Of a stretch of 14,759 nucleotides of DNA, positions 1 to 8,349 are shown one piece after another (the stretch's first letter is position 1; each line of letters starts with the position of its first letter). The stretch covers positions 1 through 14,759 of the forward strand of contig JBBDRF010000090.1 of NCBI GenBank assembly GCA_040905565.1. Reading direction: 5' to 3'. This DNA comes from Phycisphaeraceae bacterium. GTDB taxonomy: Bacteria; Planctomycetota; Phycisphaerae; Phycisphaerales; Zrk34. The notes beneath the pieces were generated by a model, which had not been told where the DNA came from, did not search any database, and saw only the letters and a program-made list of their open reading frames with translations. The translations under genes and the position numbers were made by a program.

Positions 1-55
1 GAAACCAGCCTTCATCCGTTTACGCAACAGATGAAAAAGACTGGTAAGGGAGCGG

Positions 56-150
56 GCGGGTGCCCCGGCCAGCGAAGACGGCCGGGCGGAATCGCGCACC
101 ATGTCAGCCAACACCCTTCCGTCTCGCTTCGCTCCCTGGCCGGGCCACCC
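56..150. repeat. REP/REPIN-like palindromic element, family A, copy 1
   Basis: 56-91 (GCGGGTGCCCCGGCCAGCGAAGACGGCCGGGCGGAA) is identical to 14641-14676. The right arm 136-150 is a 14/15 inverted match to 58-72. It ends 8 nt from the rdgB stop. Confidence 0.85.
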
Positions 151-158
151 ACGCTTTG

Positions 159-791
159 TTAACTCATCAGCAACTGCAACACCTCAGCCATCGCGCGCGT
201 CGCCGAGCCCCGATGGCTGATCGCGTTCTTCTGCTCCGCCGATAGCTCCGCCGTCGTCGCCTGCTGACTCGGCACGAAGAACAGCGGGTCGTACCCGAAC
301 CCTCCCGCACCACGCGGCTGCTGCAGAATCCGCCCCTCCAGCGTCCCCCGCACCACCGCCCACGTGCGATCCGCCTCGCACAGCGCCATGGCACACACGA
401 ACCGAGCCGTGCGATCCGCCTCGGCCACGCCTTCAAGCTTCTCGAGCAGCCGTTGATTGTTCGCTGCGTCCACCGTCTCCCGTTCGCCCGCCACCCCCGA
501 ATACCGCGCACTGCGCACGCCCGGCTCGCCCTGCAGCGCATCAACTTCCAGGCCCGAATCCTCCGCCAGCGTCAACTCTCCCGCAGCCTCGGCGTAGTAC
601 CGGGCTTTCAGCAGAGCGTTGGCGATGAACGTTTGCCCCGTTTCCTCAGGCTCTGCGACGTCTTTACCGAGCGTGTCCAATCCATGCACGCCCGGCCCGG
701 CACCGCTGCCGACGGCACTGAGGATCGCTCGGATCTCGCGGAGCTTGTTAGGATTACCGGTGGCGAAAAGTATCGTAGCGGGTACACTCAT
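159..791 (-). CDS. rdgB: Non-canonical purine NTP pyrophosphatase (RdgB/HAM1, dITP/XTP pyrophosphatase)
   Basis: Motifs ATGNPNK, EDSGLEVDALQGEPGVRSARY, GFGYDPLF, KNAISHRG. Start set at ATG 791 (MSVPATILFAT); the longer ORF start would overlap fpr. Confidence 0.95.
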   Translation of the reverse strand: MSVPATILFATGNPNKLREIRAILSAVGSGAGPGVHGLDTLGKDVAEPEETGQTFIANALLKARYYAEAAGELTLAEDSGLEVDALQGEPGVRSARYSGVAGERETVDAANNQRLLEKLEGVAEADRTARFVCAMALCEADRTWAVVRGTLEGRILQQPRGAGGFGYDPLFFVPSQQATTAELSAEQKNAISHRGSATRAMAEVLQLLMS

Positions 792-846
792 GACAGAAGC
801 ATTACCATGTGTCTCGCAGATTGACAACCAACGGTGGAAGGCCAGC

Positions 847-1707
847 ATGTCCAGAATCAAGGCCGCTTCAGCCGGCAGTTCCGAACACAAGAAGCCTGAC
901 GAGCCGTACAACGCGACGGTGACCGACTGGGTCGACCTCAGCGATGAACTGGCGATCTTCCGCGTCAAACCCGACAGCGGTCAGGTGCCCGAATTCACCG
1001 CAGGCCAATTCGCCATGCTGGCCCTCCCCCGCAACCATCCGCCGATCGCCGATCCCAAGGCCTACCCGCCGGATGACCCACGCTGGAAGAAGCTGGTCCG
1101 CCGGGCGTATTCGATCGCTTCCTCACCCCTTGAACGCGACTACCTTGAGTTTTACGTCGTGATGGTGGAGGACGGCAAACTCACGCCGAAGATCTGGGAC
1201 CAGAAAGCCGGCAGCCGCATCTGGCTCGATTCACGCATCAACGGCGACTTCACGCTCGACGGCGTCCCCGATCAGCAGGACCTGGTGATGGTCTCCACCG
1301 GCACCGGCCTCGCACCCTATATCTCGATGTACAAGACCTACCGCAACACCGGCCGCTGGCGCCGCTTCGTGATGATCCACGGCGTCCGCTACCAGCAGGA
1401 CCTCGGCTACCGCGAGGAACTCGAGAAGATCGCTGCGGAAGACGACTCCTTCATCTACATTCCCACCCTCTCGCGTGAGCCCGAAGATTCCAATTGGCAG
1501 GGCCTCCGCGGACGTGTCAGTGAACTGCTCGAGCCCGAGATGTACAAGAAGCTCGTGAAAGCTGAACTCGATCCCGACGACGCTCACGTCTACCTCTGCG
1601 GCAACCCCGCCATGATCGACCAGTGCGAAGGCATGCTCGTCGACCGCGGCTTCGTCGTCCAGACCAAAAAACAACCCGGCAACCTCCACTTCGAACGATA
1701 CTGGTAG
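847..1707 (+). CDS. fpr: Ferredoxin/flavodoxin-NADP+ reductase (bacterial FPR)
   Basis: RAYSIAS FAD motif, STGTGLAPY, YLCGNPAMI, C-terminal ERYW (E. coli Fpr ends EHYW). ATG 847 is preceded by GGAAGG. Confidence 0.92.
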   Translation: MSRIKAASAGSSEHKKPDEPYNATVTDWVDLSDELAIFRVKPDSGQVPEFTAGQFAMLALPRNHPPIADPKAYPPDDPRWKKLVRRAYSIASSPLERDYLEFYVVMVEDGKLTPKIWDQKAGSRIWLDSRINGDFTLDGVPDQQDLVMVSTGTGLAPYISMYKTYRNTGRWRRFVMIHGVRYQQDLGYREELEKIAAEDDSFIYIPTLSREPEDSNWQGLRGRVSELLEPEMYKKLVKAELDPDDAHVYLCGNPAMIDQCEGMLVDRGFVVQTKKQPGNLHFERYW

Positions 1708-1794
1708 CCCCCCCCACCTTTTTCTGACTGTTGTTGTGGCGCGCGCCCTTCTTCCCCCCGGAAGCCCACGGCGTACCGCCTTGGGTCCCCCGCC

Positions 1795-1803
1795 TGCTAT
1801 ACT
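1795..1803 (+). promoter_or_regulatory. Putative extended -10 promoter (TGcTATACT), leaderless-type, for riboflavin synthase
   Basis: TATACT at 1798-1803, TG at 1795-1796, 6 nt before ATG 1810; no SD visible. Confidence 0.6.
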
Positions 1804-1809
1804 CGCACC

Positions 1810-2430
1810 ATGTTCACTGGACTCATCGAACGCGTCGGCAACGTCGTTGCTGCGGAAAATCAGCCCTACGGCAAGCGCATCATCGTCGACCCCGGCGACT
1901 GGGACTACCACCCCGAACCCGGTGCCAGCATCGCTGTCAACGGCTGTTGCCTGACTTATGCCCCTGCCGAGAGCGACGAACGCGACCAACTGCTCCGCTT
2001 CGATGTGGTGCAGCAAACGCTCGACCGCACCTCACTCGGGCAGCTCCAAATCGGCAGCAGGGTCAACCTTGAAGGTTGCCTGACCCCCTCCAGCCGACTC
2101 GGCGGCCACTTCGTCCAAGGCCACATCGATGCCACGGGCACCGTCCAAACCATCGATACCACCCACGGCCACCGCGTGACCATCGCCCCGCCCCCATCGC
2201 TGATGCCTTACATCGTGCCGACCGGCTCCATCGCCCTCGACGGCGTCAGCCTGACCGTCGCCGACGTGAACGTGCCGCTGGCGAACTTCACCGTCGCGCT
2301 GATCCCCACGACTCTGGCGATGACGACGTTCGACGACCTCCGCGAAAACCAGCCGATCAACATCGAAGTCGACCTGCTCGTCAAATCCGTCGTCCACTAC
2401 ATGCAACACTACGCCCCCCCCACTTCATAG
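1810..2430 (+). CDS. ribE: Riboflavin synthase (alpha chain; RibE, RibC in E. coli nomenclature)
   Basis: N-terminal MFTGLIE, GASIAVNGCCLT, VNLE, RLGGHFVQGHID, GSIALDGVSLTV, INIEVD. Confidence 0.96.
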   Translation: MFTGLIERVGNVVAAENQPYGKRIIVDPGDWDYHPEPGASIAVNGCCLTYAPAESDERDQLLRFDVVQQTLDRTSLGQLQIGSRVNLEGCLTPSSRLGGHFVQGHIDATGTVQTIDTTHGHRVTIAPPPSLMPYIVPTGSIALDGVSLTVADVNVPLANFTVALIPTTLAMTTFDDLRENQPINIEVDLLVKSVVHYMQHYAPPTS

Positions 2431-2455
2431 ATCACACTTCACACATCAAACATCG
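2421..2455. repeat. Degenerate 7-nt tandem repeat at convergent gene junction
   Basis: CACTTCA TAGATCA CACTTCA CACATCA AACATCG; contains both stop codons. Confidence 0.5.
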
Positions 2456-3267
2456 CCCCTCCGCTTCGCTTCGAACATCACCACGGCGGCGGCGACGGAA
2501 ACGTTCAGCGAATCCACCCCACCCGCCTCGGCGAGTGGGATGCTGACAAGCTCGTCCGCTGCGGCCCGCCAGGCTGCGTCCAGCCCCTCAGCTTCGGCGC
2601 CCAGCACCATCGCCCAGTCGCCTTGCCAATCGACCTGCGTGTAGGGTCGATCGGCCTCGGGTGAGAGCGCGACGATCTTCCACTGCTGTTCGTGAAGCCA
2701 GGCGATGATCGAATCCCGATCAGCGCACACGATCGGCACGCTGAACACCGCACCCGTACTCGCCCTGATGCAGTTGGGGTTGAAAATGTCAAAGTCCGCC
2801 CGATCCACCATCACGACCCCCACGCCAGCCGCGGCAGCCGACCGCAAAATCGCCCCCACATTCCCCGGCTTCTCAAGACCACTACAAACCACCCCCCCCA
2901 CCGTTTTGCCCGCTTGCTTTTGGCGACCTGTGGCGAGATCCGTCAGGCTCGCCGTCCGTGCCCGAAGCACCGCCACGAACCCTTGCGGATTCTCACGGTA
3001 GGCCATCTTCGCCAGCACCGCGTCGCTGACCTCACTCACGAACCCGCCCTGCTTCTGGCCATGCTCAATCATTGAGTGACGCGGGGTGTTCGCCTCGAGC
3101 CAGCCGGGAACGTAGTAGAGCTCGGCAACCTCGAACCCCGCCGCCAGCGCACGCTCCAGCTCCCGTGAAGCTTCGAGACAGAACAGCCCGCGCCGCCGCC
3201 GTTCGCGCCCCTGCCGTTGCAGCCTGGCGACGGCCTTCACGCGATCATTGTGAATGCTGCTGATCAT
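2446..3267 (-). CDS. SpoU/TrmH-family RNA 2'-O-ribose methyltransferase
   Basis: ISSIHNDRVK N-terminus, LEKPGNVGAILRSAAAAG, IRASTGAVF, VLGAEAEGL, DSLNVSVAAAVVMFE (SPOUT motifs). Confidence 0.93.
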   Translation of the reverse strand: MISSIHNDRVKAVARLQRQGRERRRRGLFCLEASRELERALAAGFEVAELYYVPGWLEANTPRHSMIEHGQKQGGFVSEVSDAVLAKMAYRENPQGFVAVLRARTASLTDLATGRQKQAGKTVGGVVCSGLEKPGNVGAILRSAAAAGVGVVMVDRADFDIFNPNCIRASTGAVFSVPIVCADRDSIIAWLHEQQWKIVALSPEADRPYTQVDWQGDWAMVLGAEAEGLDAAWRAAADELVSIPLAEAGGVDSLNVSVAAAVVMFEAKRRGDV

Positions 3268-3285
3268 GAACGTTCATCCAACAAA

Positions 3286-3315
3286 CAACCCCCGCCGATC
3301 GTACGACGGGGGCTG
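3286..3315 (-). terminator. Putative intrinsic terminator after atpA
   Basis: Minus strand CAGCCCCCGTCG-tacgat-CGGCGGGGGTTG followed by TTTGTTGG; 12-bp stem with G-U pairs, about 46 nt after the atpA stop. Confidence 0.65.
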
Positions 3316-3361
3316 AAGATTATCTGCTATCACATTCGCCTAGGCGAGGGCCCATCAGGCC

Positions 3362-4912
3362 TTACTCGCTCGGCGGCTGCCAGTTCTCACGGAAGGATTC
3401 GATGGCGGCGCCGAGCTTCTTGCGAAGATCGTCGTCAAGGGCGCGGGCGGTATTCAGCTCGTCCCACACAGCCTTGGCTTCGGAGTTCGCGTTGAAGTGC
3501 TCCAGCATGTCCGCTTCGAAAGCACCGACATTCTTGAGTGCCACCTTGTCCAGATGGCCACGGGTGCCGGCAAAAATCGAGATGACCTGATCGATCACGT
3601 TCAGCGGCCTGTACTGAAGCTGCTTGAGCAGTTCAACCATGCGGGCACCGCGATCCAGCTGTTGCTGCGTGGCCTTGTCGAGATCCGTACCCAGCTGGGC
3701 GAATGCTTCGAGTTCGCGGTAAGCAGCAAGGTCGAGCCTGAGCGAACCCGCGATCTGTTTCATCGCCTTGATCTGAGCACTACCACCCACGCGGCTGACC
3801 GAGATGCCCACGTTGATGGCCGGCCGCACGCCTGCGAAGAACAGTTCGGGCTCGAGGTAGATCTGGCCGTCCGTAATCGAAATCACGTTCGTCGGGATGT
3901 AAGCCGACACGTCGCCTTCCTGCGTCTCGATGATCGGCAGCGCGGTCAGCGAGCCGCCGCCGAGCTTGTCACTGAGGCGGGTGGCGCGTTCCAGCAAACG
4001 GCTGTGAATGTAGAACACGTCGCCGGGGTAAGCTTCACGTCCGGGCGGACGACGCAGCAGCAGCGAAAGCTGACGGTAAGCAACGGCCTGCTTCGAAAGA
4101 TCGTCATAAACGACGAGCACGTGCTTGCCCTGCCACATGAAGTACTCACCCATCGCACAACCGGCGTACGGGGCAATGTACTGAAGCGGGGCCGGCGTGG
4201 ACGACGACGCGGAAACAACCGTCGTGTAGTCCATCGCCCCGTGCTGACGCAGCGTCTCCACCACGCCCGCCACGGTCGATTCCTTCTGACCGATCGCGAC
4301 GTAGATGCAGTACACCGGCTGATCGGTCTCGTGCGTCGACGCCTGGTTGATGATGGTGTCGAGCGCGACGGCCGTCTTGCCCGTCTTGCGGTCACCAATG
4401 ATCAGCTCACGCTGACCGCGGCCGATCGGCGTCATCGCGTCGATGGCCTTGATGCCCGTCTGCAGCGGCTGATCGACAGGCTGACGCTCGGCGATACCCG
4501 GAGCGATGATGTCCATCTTCCGCGTCTCGTCGGACTGGATCGGGCCACGCCCGTCCAACGGCGTCCCGATGGGATCGACCACCCGGCCGAGCATCGCTTC
4601 ACCGACGGGTACGCTCAGCAACCGGCCCGTCGAACGGACGCTGGCGCCTTCCTTGACCTTCAGGTAGTCGCCGAAGATGACCGCACCGACAGTGTCTTCT
4701 TCGAGGTTGAACACCTGGCCTCGGACGGTCGAGCCGTCGTCGGTGTCGAATTCGAGCATCTCCGACGACATCGCGTTGGAAAGCCCGTAGATGCGTGCGA
4801 TCCCGTCGCCGACTTCCAGCACCTTGCCCACTTCGGAGACTTCCAGTTCCGTGCGGTACTGGTCGATCTCCTGCTGGATAAGGGTCGCGATCTCGTTGGT
4901 CTTGATCTTCAT
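3362..4912 (-). CDS. atpA: F1 ATP synthase subunit alpha
   Basis: [28 protein letters not shown] (Walker A), [34 protein letters not shown]. Start MKIKTNEI is preceded by GGAG. Confidence 0.98.
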   Translation of the reverse strand: MKIKTNEIATLIQQEIDQYRTELEVSEVGKVLEVGDGIARIYGLSNAMSSEMLEFDTDDGSTVRGQVFNLEEDTVGAVIFGDYLKVKEGASVRSTGRLLSVPVGEAMLGRVVDPIGTPLDGRGPIQSDETRKMDIIAPGIAERQPVDQPLQTGIKAIDAMTPIGRGQRELIIGDRKTGKTAVALDTIINQASTHETDQPVYCIYVAIGQKESTVAGVVETLRQHGAMDYTTVVSASSSTPAPLQYIAPYAGCAMGEYFMWQGKHVLVVYDDLSKQAVAYRQLSLLLRRPPGREAYPGDVFYIHSRLLERATRLSDKLGGGSLTALPIIETQEGDVSAYIPTNVISITDGQIYLEPELFFAGVRPAINVGISVSRVGGSAQIKAMKQIAGSLRLDLAAYRELEAFAQLGTDLDKATQQQLDRGARMVELLKQLQYRPLNVIDQVISIFAGTRGHLDKVALKNVGAFEADMLEHFNANSEAKAVWDELNTARALDDDLRKKLGAAIESFRENWQPPSE

Positions 4913-4969
4913 TTCGTCGTCACTCCGACTGGCGCCACCGGTTGGCCGGCGGGCCATCGTCATCAGCTT

Positions 4970-5599
4970 TTATTGGTGTTGCCCGTTAGTTTTCGTTTCC
5001 ACCAGCAGGGAGCCGGCGGCGGCGCGGACTGCTTCGTGGCCTTGCGTGGCGATCTGGTGGGTCATCCGCCGCAGTTGCGACGCGACCGACGCGTCGATGA
5101 GTTTATCTTCAAAGCGAATCCGCATCCCGCCGATGATCTTCGGATCGGTCTGCGTATGAATGATCGCCTCTCTACCCAGCGACTTGGTGAGCCTGTCGGC
5201 GACGGCCTGCTCCTGCTCCTCGTCGAGCGGCTGAGCAGTATAGACCGCCACGTCGACCTGGTTCCGCGAGGCTTTGACCATCTGGTCGTAGGCCTGGCGT
5301 ACGGAGGCGAGTTCGCCCAGCCGATGATGCGCGTTGAGCACCAGCAGGAATCGGAGGACCAGTTCGTCGGCCCGGTCACTGAACAGCTTCTCGATGGTCG
5401 CTGCCCGACGGTCCGGGTCGATCGCCTGGTGGCGGAAGATCTGGGCCAGGTCGGGATGCTCGTCGAGAAGTTCGAGGATCTCGTCGAGCTGCTCGCGCAC
5501 CGAATCCACCATCCCCGCCTGCTCCGCCAGTTGGAACAGCGGACGGGCATAGGTTTCCGCCAGCGCGCCGGCGTGCAAGCTTTCGATGCGATCGGTCAT
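4970..5599 (-). CDS. atpH: F1 ATP synthase subunit delta
   Basis: YARPLFQLA N-terminal helix, DPKIIGGMRIRFEDKLIDASVASQL C-terminal motif; lies between atpF and atpA. Confidence 0.95.
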   Translation of the reverse strand: MTDRIESLHAGALAETYARPLFQLAEQAGMVDSVREQLDEILELLDEHPDLAQIFRHQAIDPDRRAATIEKLFSDRADELVLRFLLVLNAHHRLGELASVRQAYDQMVKASRNQVDVAVYTAQPLDEEQEQAVADRLTKSLGREAIIHTQTDPKIIGGMRIRFEDKLIDASVASQLRRMTHQIATQGHEAVRAAAGSLLVETKTNGQHQ

Positions 5600-5665
5600 G
5601 GCTGCCTCATCTCTCGCCCTCCCTCAGCCGGCACTCGCCCGCTGCGGGAAGGTCAAAAAGGCCTA

Positions 5666-6256
5666 TCAGTTAAGCTTGTCCAGCTCAGCAAGCGACTGCT
5701 CGACGAGGCGACGGTTGTCGTTACCATCGATCTGCCGCTGCAGAATTTTCTCCGCCACCGACACAGCCAGTTCAGCCGAGTGGGTGTAGAGCTCCTGCAA
5801 CGCCTGCTGCTGAGCCTGACGGATATCCTCGGTCGCCCGATCTTTCAGGCGAAGGATATCTTTCTCGGCATCGGCAAGCATGCGGCCGCGTAACGCTTCG
5901 CCGTCGGAGCGCGCCTGGTCGACCAGCTTTCGGGCCTCGGCGTGAGCCTCAGCCAGCTGCTGCTTGTACTGCTCGAGGGTCTGCTGAGCGTCACGGTTGG
6001 CCTTTTCCGCACCGGTGATATCGTTGCGGATTTTCTCTTCGCGGGCTTCGAGGCCCTGGAAGATGTGAGGCCAGACGTACTTGCTGAGCACGAACAGCAG
6101 CAACAGGAACAGCGCCAGCTTCCAGACCGCGCCGAAGCCGCCCGGATCGAGCAGCCCGGGGCCGGCATCCGCATCCGCTTCCGCAGCGAGCACCAGGGCG
6201 GGGGACGCAGCAAGTGCCGCTGCCGCCGTGAACGCTCCCAGAATCATGCGTGGCAT
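5666..6256 (-). CDS. atpF: F0 ATP synthase subunit b
   Basis: TM segment LALFLLLLFVLSKYVWPHI, then LEAREEKI and a long coiled coil; AVSVAEKIL. GGAGGA RBS before ATG 6256. Confidence 0.95.
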   Translation of the reverse strand: MPRMILGAFTAAAALAASPALVLAAEADADAGPGLLDPGGFGAVWKLALFLLLLFVLSKYVWPHIFQGLEAREEKIRNDITGAEKANRDAQQTLEQYKQQLAEAHAEARKLVDQARSDGEALRGRMLADAEKDILRLKDRATEDIRQAQQQALQELYTHSAELAVSVAEKILQRQIDGNDNRRLVEQSLAELDKLN

Positions 6257-6303
6257 AGTGAATCCTCCGGACCGCATGGTCCGTGTTCGCAAGTTTCCCG
6301 CGC

Positions 6304-6558
6304 TCAAGCCTGAAGGAGCGTGAAGACCAGCGCGATCACCGCAGCACCTTCGATGAGGGCCGCCGCGATAATCATGTTCGTACCAATTCGGCCACCGGCT
6401 TCGGGCTGCCGCGCGATCGCTTCCACAGCACTGCCACCGATGCGACCGATGCCCAGGCCCGCGCCCAGCACGATCAGGCCGATACCGATGCCCATGCCCA
6501 TACGACCCAGGCCGGTGTCTTCAACCTGCGCGAGTACCATCATCAGCGATTCCAACAT
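6304..6558 (-). CDS. atpE: F0 ATP synthase subunit c
   Basis: GAGLGIG, ARQPE loop, AALIEG with the ion-binding Glu. AAGGAG RBS before ATG 6558. Confidence 0.97.
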   Translation of the reverse strand: MLESLMMVLAQVEDTGLGRMGMGIGIGLIVLGAGLGIGRIGGSAVEAIARQPEAGGRIGTNMIIAAALIEGAAVIALVFTLLQA

Positions 6559-6656
6559 TGCAAGCTCCTTCACCGGACCAGCCGGCACTTCTTCTTCAAA
6601 ACGTCAGACGACGACGCCACACGCGACCGTCCGCCTCTACGTTGCGTTTGCGAGAC

Positions 6657-7595
6657 CTAAGCTTTCTGAGCCGTTTCCACCAGTTCGTGGGCTGCTTCTT
6701 CACGTTCTTCGTGTTCGTGCTCCTCATGATGCACCGCACCGGAAGCGATGAACAGCGTCGTGAGGAACGTAAAGATGAACGCCTGCAGCACGGCGATAAA
6801 CAACTCGAGAATCATGACCCCCAGGCCCCCCACCATGACCGGCAGCACCACGCCGTAGCCCATGGCCGTCGATACTTCGCCGGCGGTAAAGATCAGCCCC
6901 ACCACGGCGAGAATCACCAGGTTGCCCGCCATCATGGTGCCGAAAAGTCGCATGGCCAGCACGACGCACTTGATGATCAGTCCGAGCACCTCAAGCACCA
7001 CCAGCAGCAGCGCGATGGGCGCCATCGGAAGCGGCGTGAAGGGGACAGGGGCGAAGTGAGCGAAAAAGTGCTTGCCGTTTTCCTTCACACCGATGAACAC
7101 GATCGCCACGAAGGAGACGAGCGCCAGCGGAATGTTCATCGACAGCGTCGACGTAGCCGACCCGCCCCAGCGGCCCCAGTAATACGGATCTTCCGAGCCG
7201 AACAAAACGGCCAGCGACTGCAGCGTCGGGCCGAACGGGACAATCCCGAGCACGTTGGAGAACAGGATGAAGAAAAAGACCGTCCAGATGTAGTAAATGT
7301 ATTTGTCGGTCAGCTTGCCGAGGTTCGGGCGGACCACTTCTTCACGGATGAAAACGAGGAGGACTTCGAAGAGCTGGGCCCCGCGGCCGCGTGTCATGTA
7401 CGCTTCGTTGCCCGCTTCGCTGCCGACGCGGACACGCTTGCTGACCCACCAGAAGGTGACGAAGACGGTGACCGCGGCGACGATCGCCATGAGATCCAGG
7501 TTCGAAAACGGAATGTTGTCGCCGAACAGGGGACGAGGGATCGCATAGGTGAGCAGATCGCTAGCTGCCAGATTGGGATTCAGACTGCTGATCAC
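6657..7595 (-). CDS. atpB: F0 ATP synthase subunit a
   Basis: FFFILFSNVLGIVP, LAMRLFG (essential Arg), LQAFIFTFLT. GTG start overlaps the atpI stop (GTGA) and has an AAGGAG RBS. Confidence 0.95.
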   Translation of the reverse strand: MISSLNPNLAASDLLTYAIPRPLFGDNIPFSNLDLMAIVAAVTVFVTFWWVSKRVRVGSEAGNEAYMTRGRGAQLFEVLLVFIREEVVRPNLGKLTDKYIYYIWTVFFFILFSNVLGIVPFGPTLQSLAVLFGSEDPYYWGRWGGSATSTLSMNIPLALVSFVAIVFIGVKENGKHFFAHFAPVPFTPLPMAPIALLLVVLEVLGLIIKCVVLAMRLFGTMMAGNLVILAVVGLIFTAGEVSTAMGYGVVLPVMVGGLGVMILELFIAVLQAFIFTFLTTLFIASGAVHHEEHEHEEREEAAHELVETAQKA

Positions 7596-8032
7596 GCGGC
7601 AGACTCCTTGGTCAGAACGCTTCGTTCAATCTCATCGGCCAACAGCCGTTTCGCAATCGCCGTGACTTCCACCACCAACAGCAGCAGGTAGCTCAGCAGC
7701 ACCCAGACGAGCACCGCCTCGGTGTTCAGCCCGAGCAGCACCAGTGCCGCCGCCGCTTTGAACGTCAGCAGCATGCGGACCAGCATCATCAGCATCAAGC
7801 CGCCGACCAATCGGTCGTCCGGACGACGATTCGCCCAAACCAGCGGCAGCAACGCACCCAACGCCGCGGCGAGGGCAACGCCCAAACCCGCAAGCATCGG
7901 CGTCACACCGCCAGCATCACCGGCGAATGCAAGTGCCATCGAACCTGCCACCGCAAGTGTGCCCACAGCAATAACCGAGGCCCGGGCGATGGGCAACAGC
8001 GGGAGGGGCGATATGTGAAATTTTTCACTCAC
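7592..8032 (-). CDS. atpI: AtpI-like four-TM membrane protein
   Basis: 146 aa with about four hydrophobic segments; immediately upstream of and overlapping atpB. Assigned by position and hydropathy. Confidence 0.65.
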   Translation of the reverse strand: MSEKFHISPLPLLPIARASVIAVGTLAVAGSMALAFAGDAGGVTPMLAGLGVALAAALGALLPLVWANRRPDDRLVGGLMLMMLVRMLLTFKAAAALVLLGLNTEAVLVWVLLSYLLLLVVEVTAIAKRLLADEIERSVLTKESAA

Positions 8033-8066
8033 GGGTACGTAGCTTTCGCCTGCGACTCGTCACGTT

Positions 8067-8276
8067 TCACTCGTCACGATTGAGTCGCAAAGCTTCCTTA
8101 ATAAACAGGTACAGGCCCCCGATCGTACCGAGAACCGCTCCAATCACCAGGCCCCATGGCTCGGTGCCAGCACTCCGGTCGAAGAGCCAGCCGAGGAAAG
8201 CGACGATGAGCACAGCAATTGCGAACTCCATGCCCATGTGCGCCAGCCGCCACGGGTTGGGTTCCTGCTTCGCCAT
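8067..8276 (-). CDS. AtpZ/AtpI-family (ATPase gene 1) small membrane protein
   Basis: 69 aa, GMEFAIAVLIVAFLGWLFDRSAGTEPWGLVIGAVLGTIGG, which fits the G-x-x-x-D...P two-helix pattern; first gene of the atp operon. Confidence 0.85.
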   Translation of the reverse strand: MAKQEPNPWRLAHMGMEFAIAVLIVAFLGWLFDRSAGTEPWGLVIGAVLGTIGGLYLFIKEALRLNRDE

Positions 8277-8349
8277 GATCCCGCCTCGAACCTCCCTCCC
8301 TCGGCCGATCAACGGGTCACGTCGATCCCGCACCGAAGAAGGGTCAGAT

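Noticed and set aside
1..47. Possible 3' end of an upstream + strand gene (frame 3 ...YATDEKDW*, TAA 45-47; or frame 2, TGA 32-34)
   Set aside because: Too short to identify or to choose a frame.
821..826. Perfect TTGACA in the rdgB-fpr divergent gap
   Set aside because: No -10-like hexamer at 16-18 nt spacing; that position runs into the fpr start codon.
1708..1809. FMN riboswitch upstream of riboflavin synthase
   Set aside because: The gap is only about 100 nt and lacks the recognisable RFN conserved blocks; a leaderless-type -10 sits right before the ATG.
3497..5893. 798-aa + strand ORF
   Set aside because: Antisense shadow of atpA/atpH/atpF, expected in high-GC DNA; no recognisable motifs.
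6558..7691. 377-aa + strand ORF
   Set aside because: Antisense shadow of atpB; Arg/His/Gln-rich composition typical of a non-coding frame.
3362..8276. N-ATPase (Na+-exporting accessory ATPase) operon
   Set aside because: N-ATPase order is atpDCQRBEFAG without delta. This locus has atpH, canonical order and no Na+ signature in subunit c.
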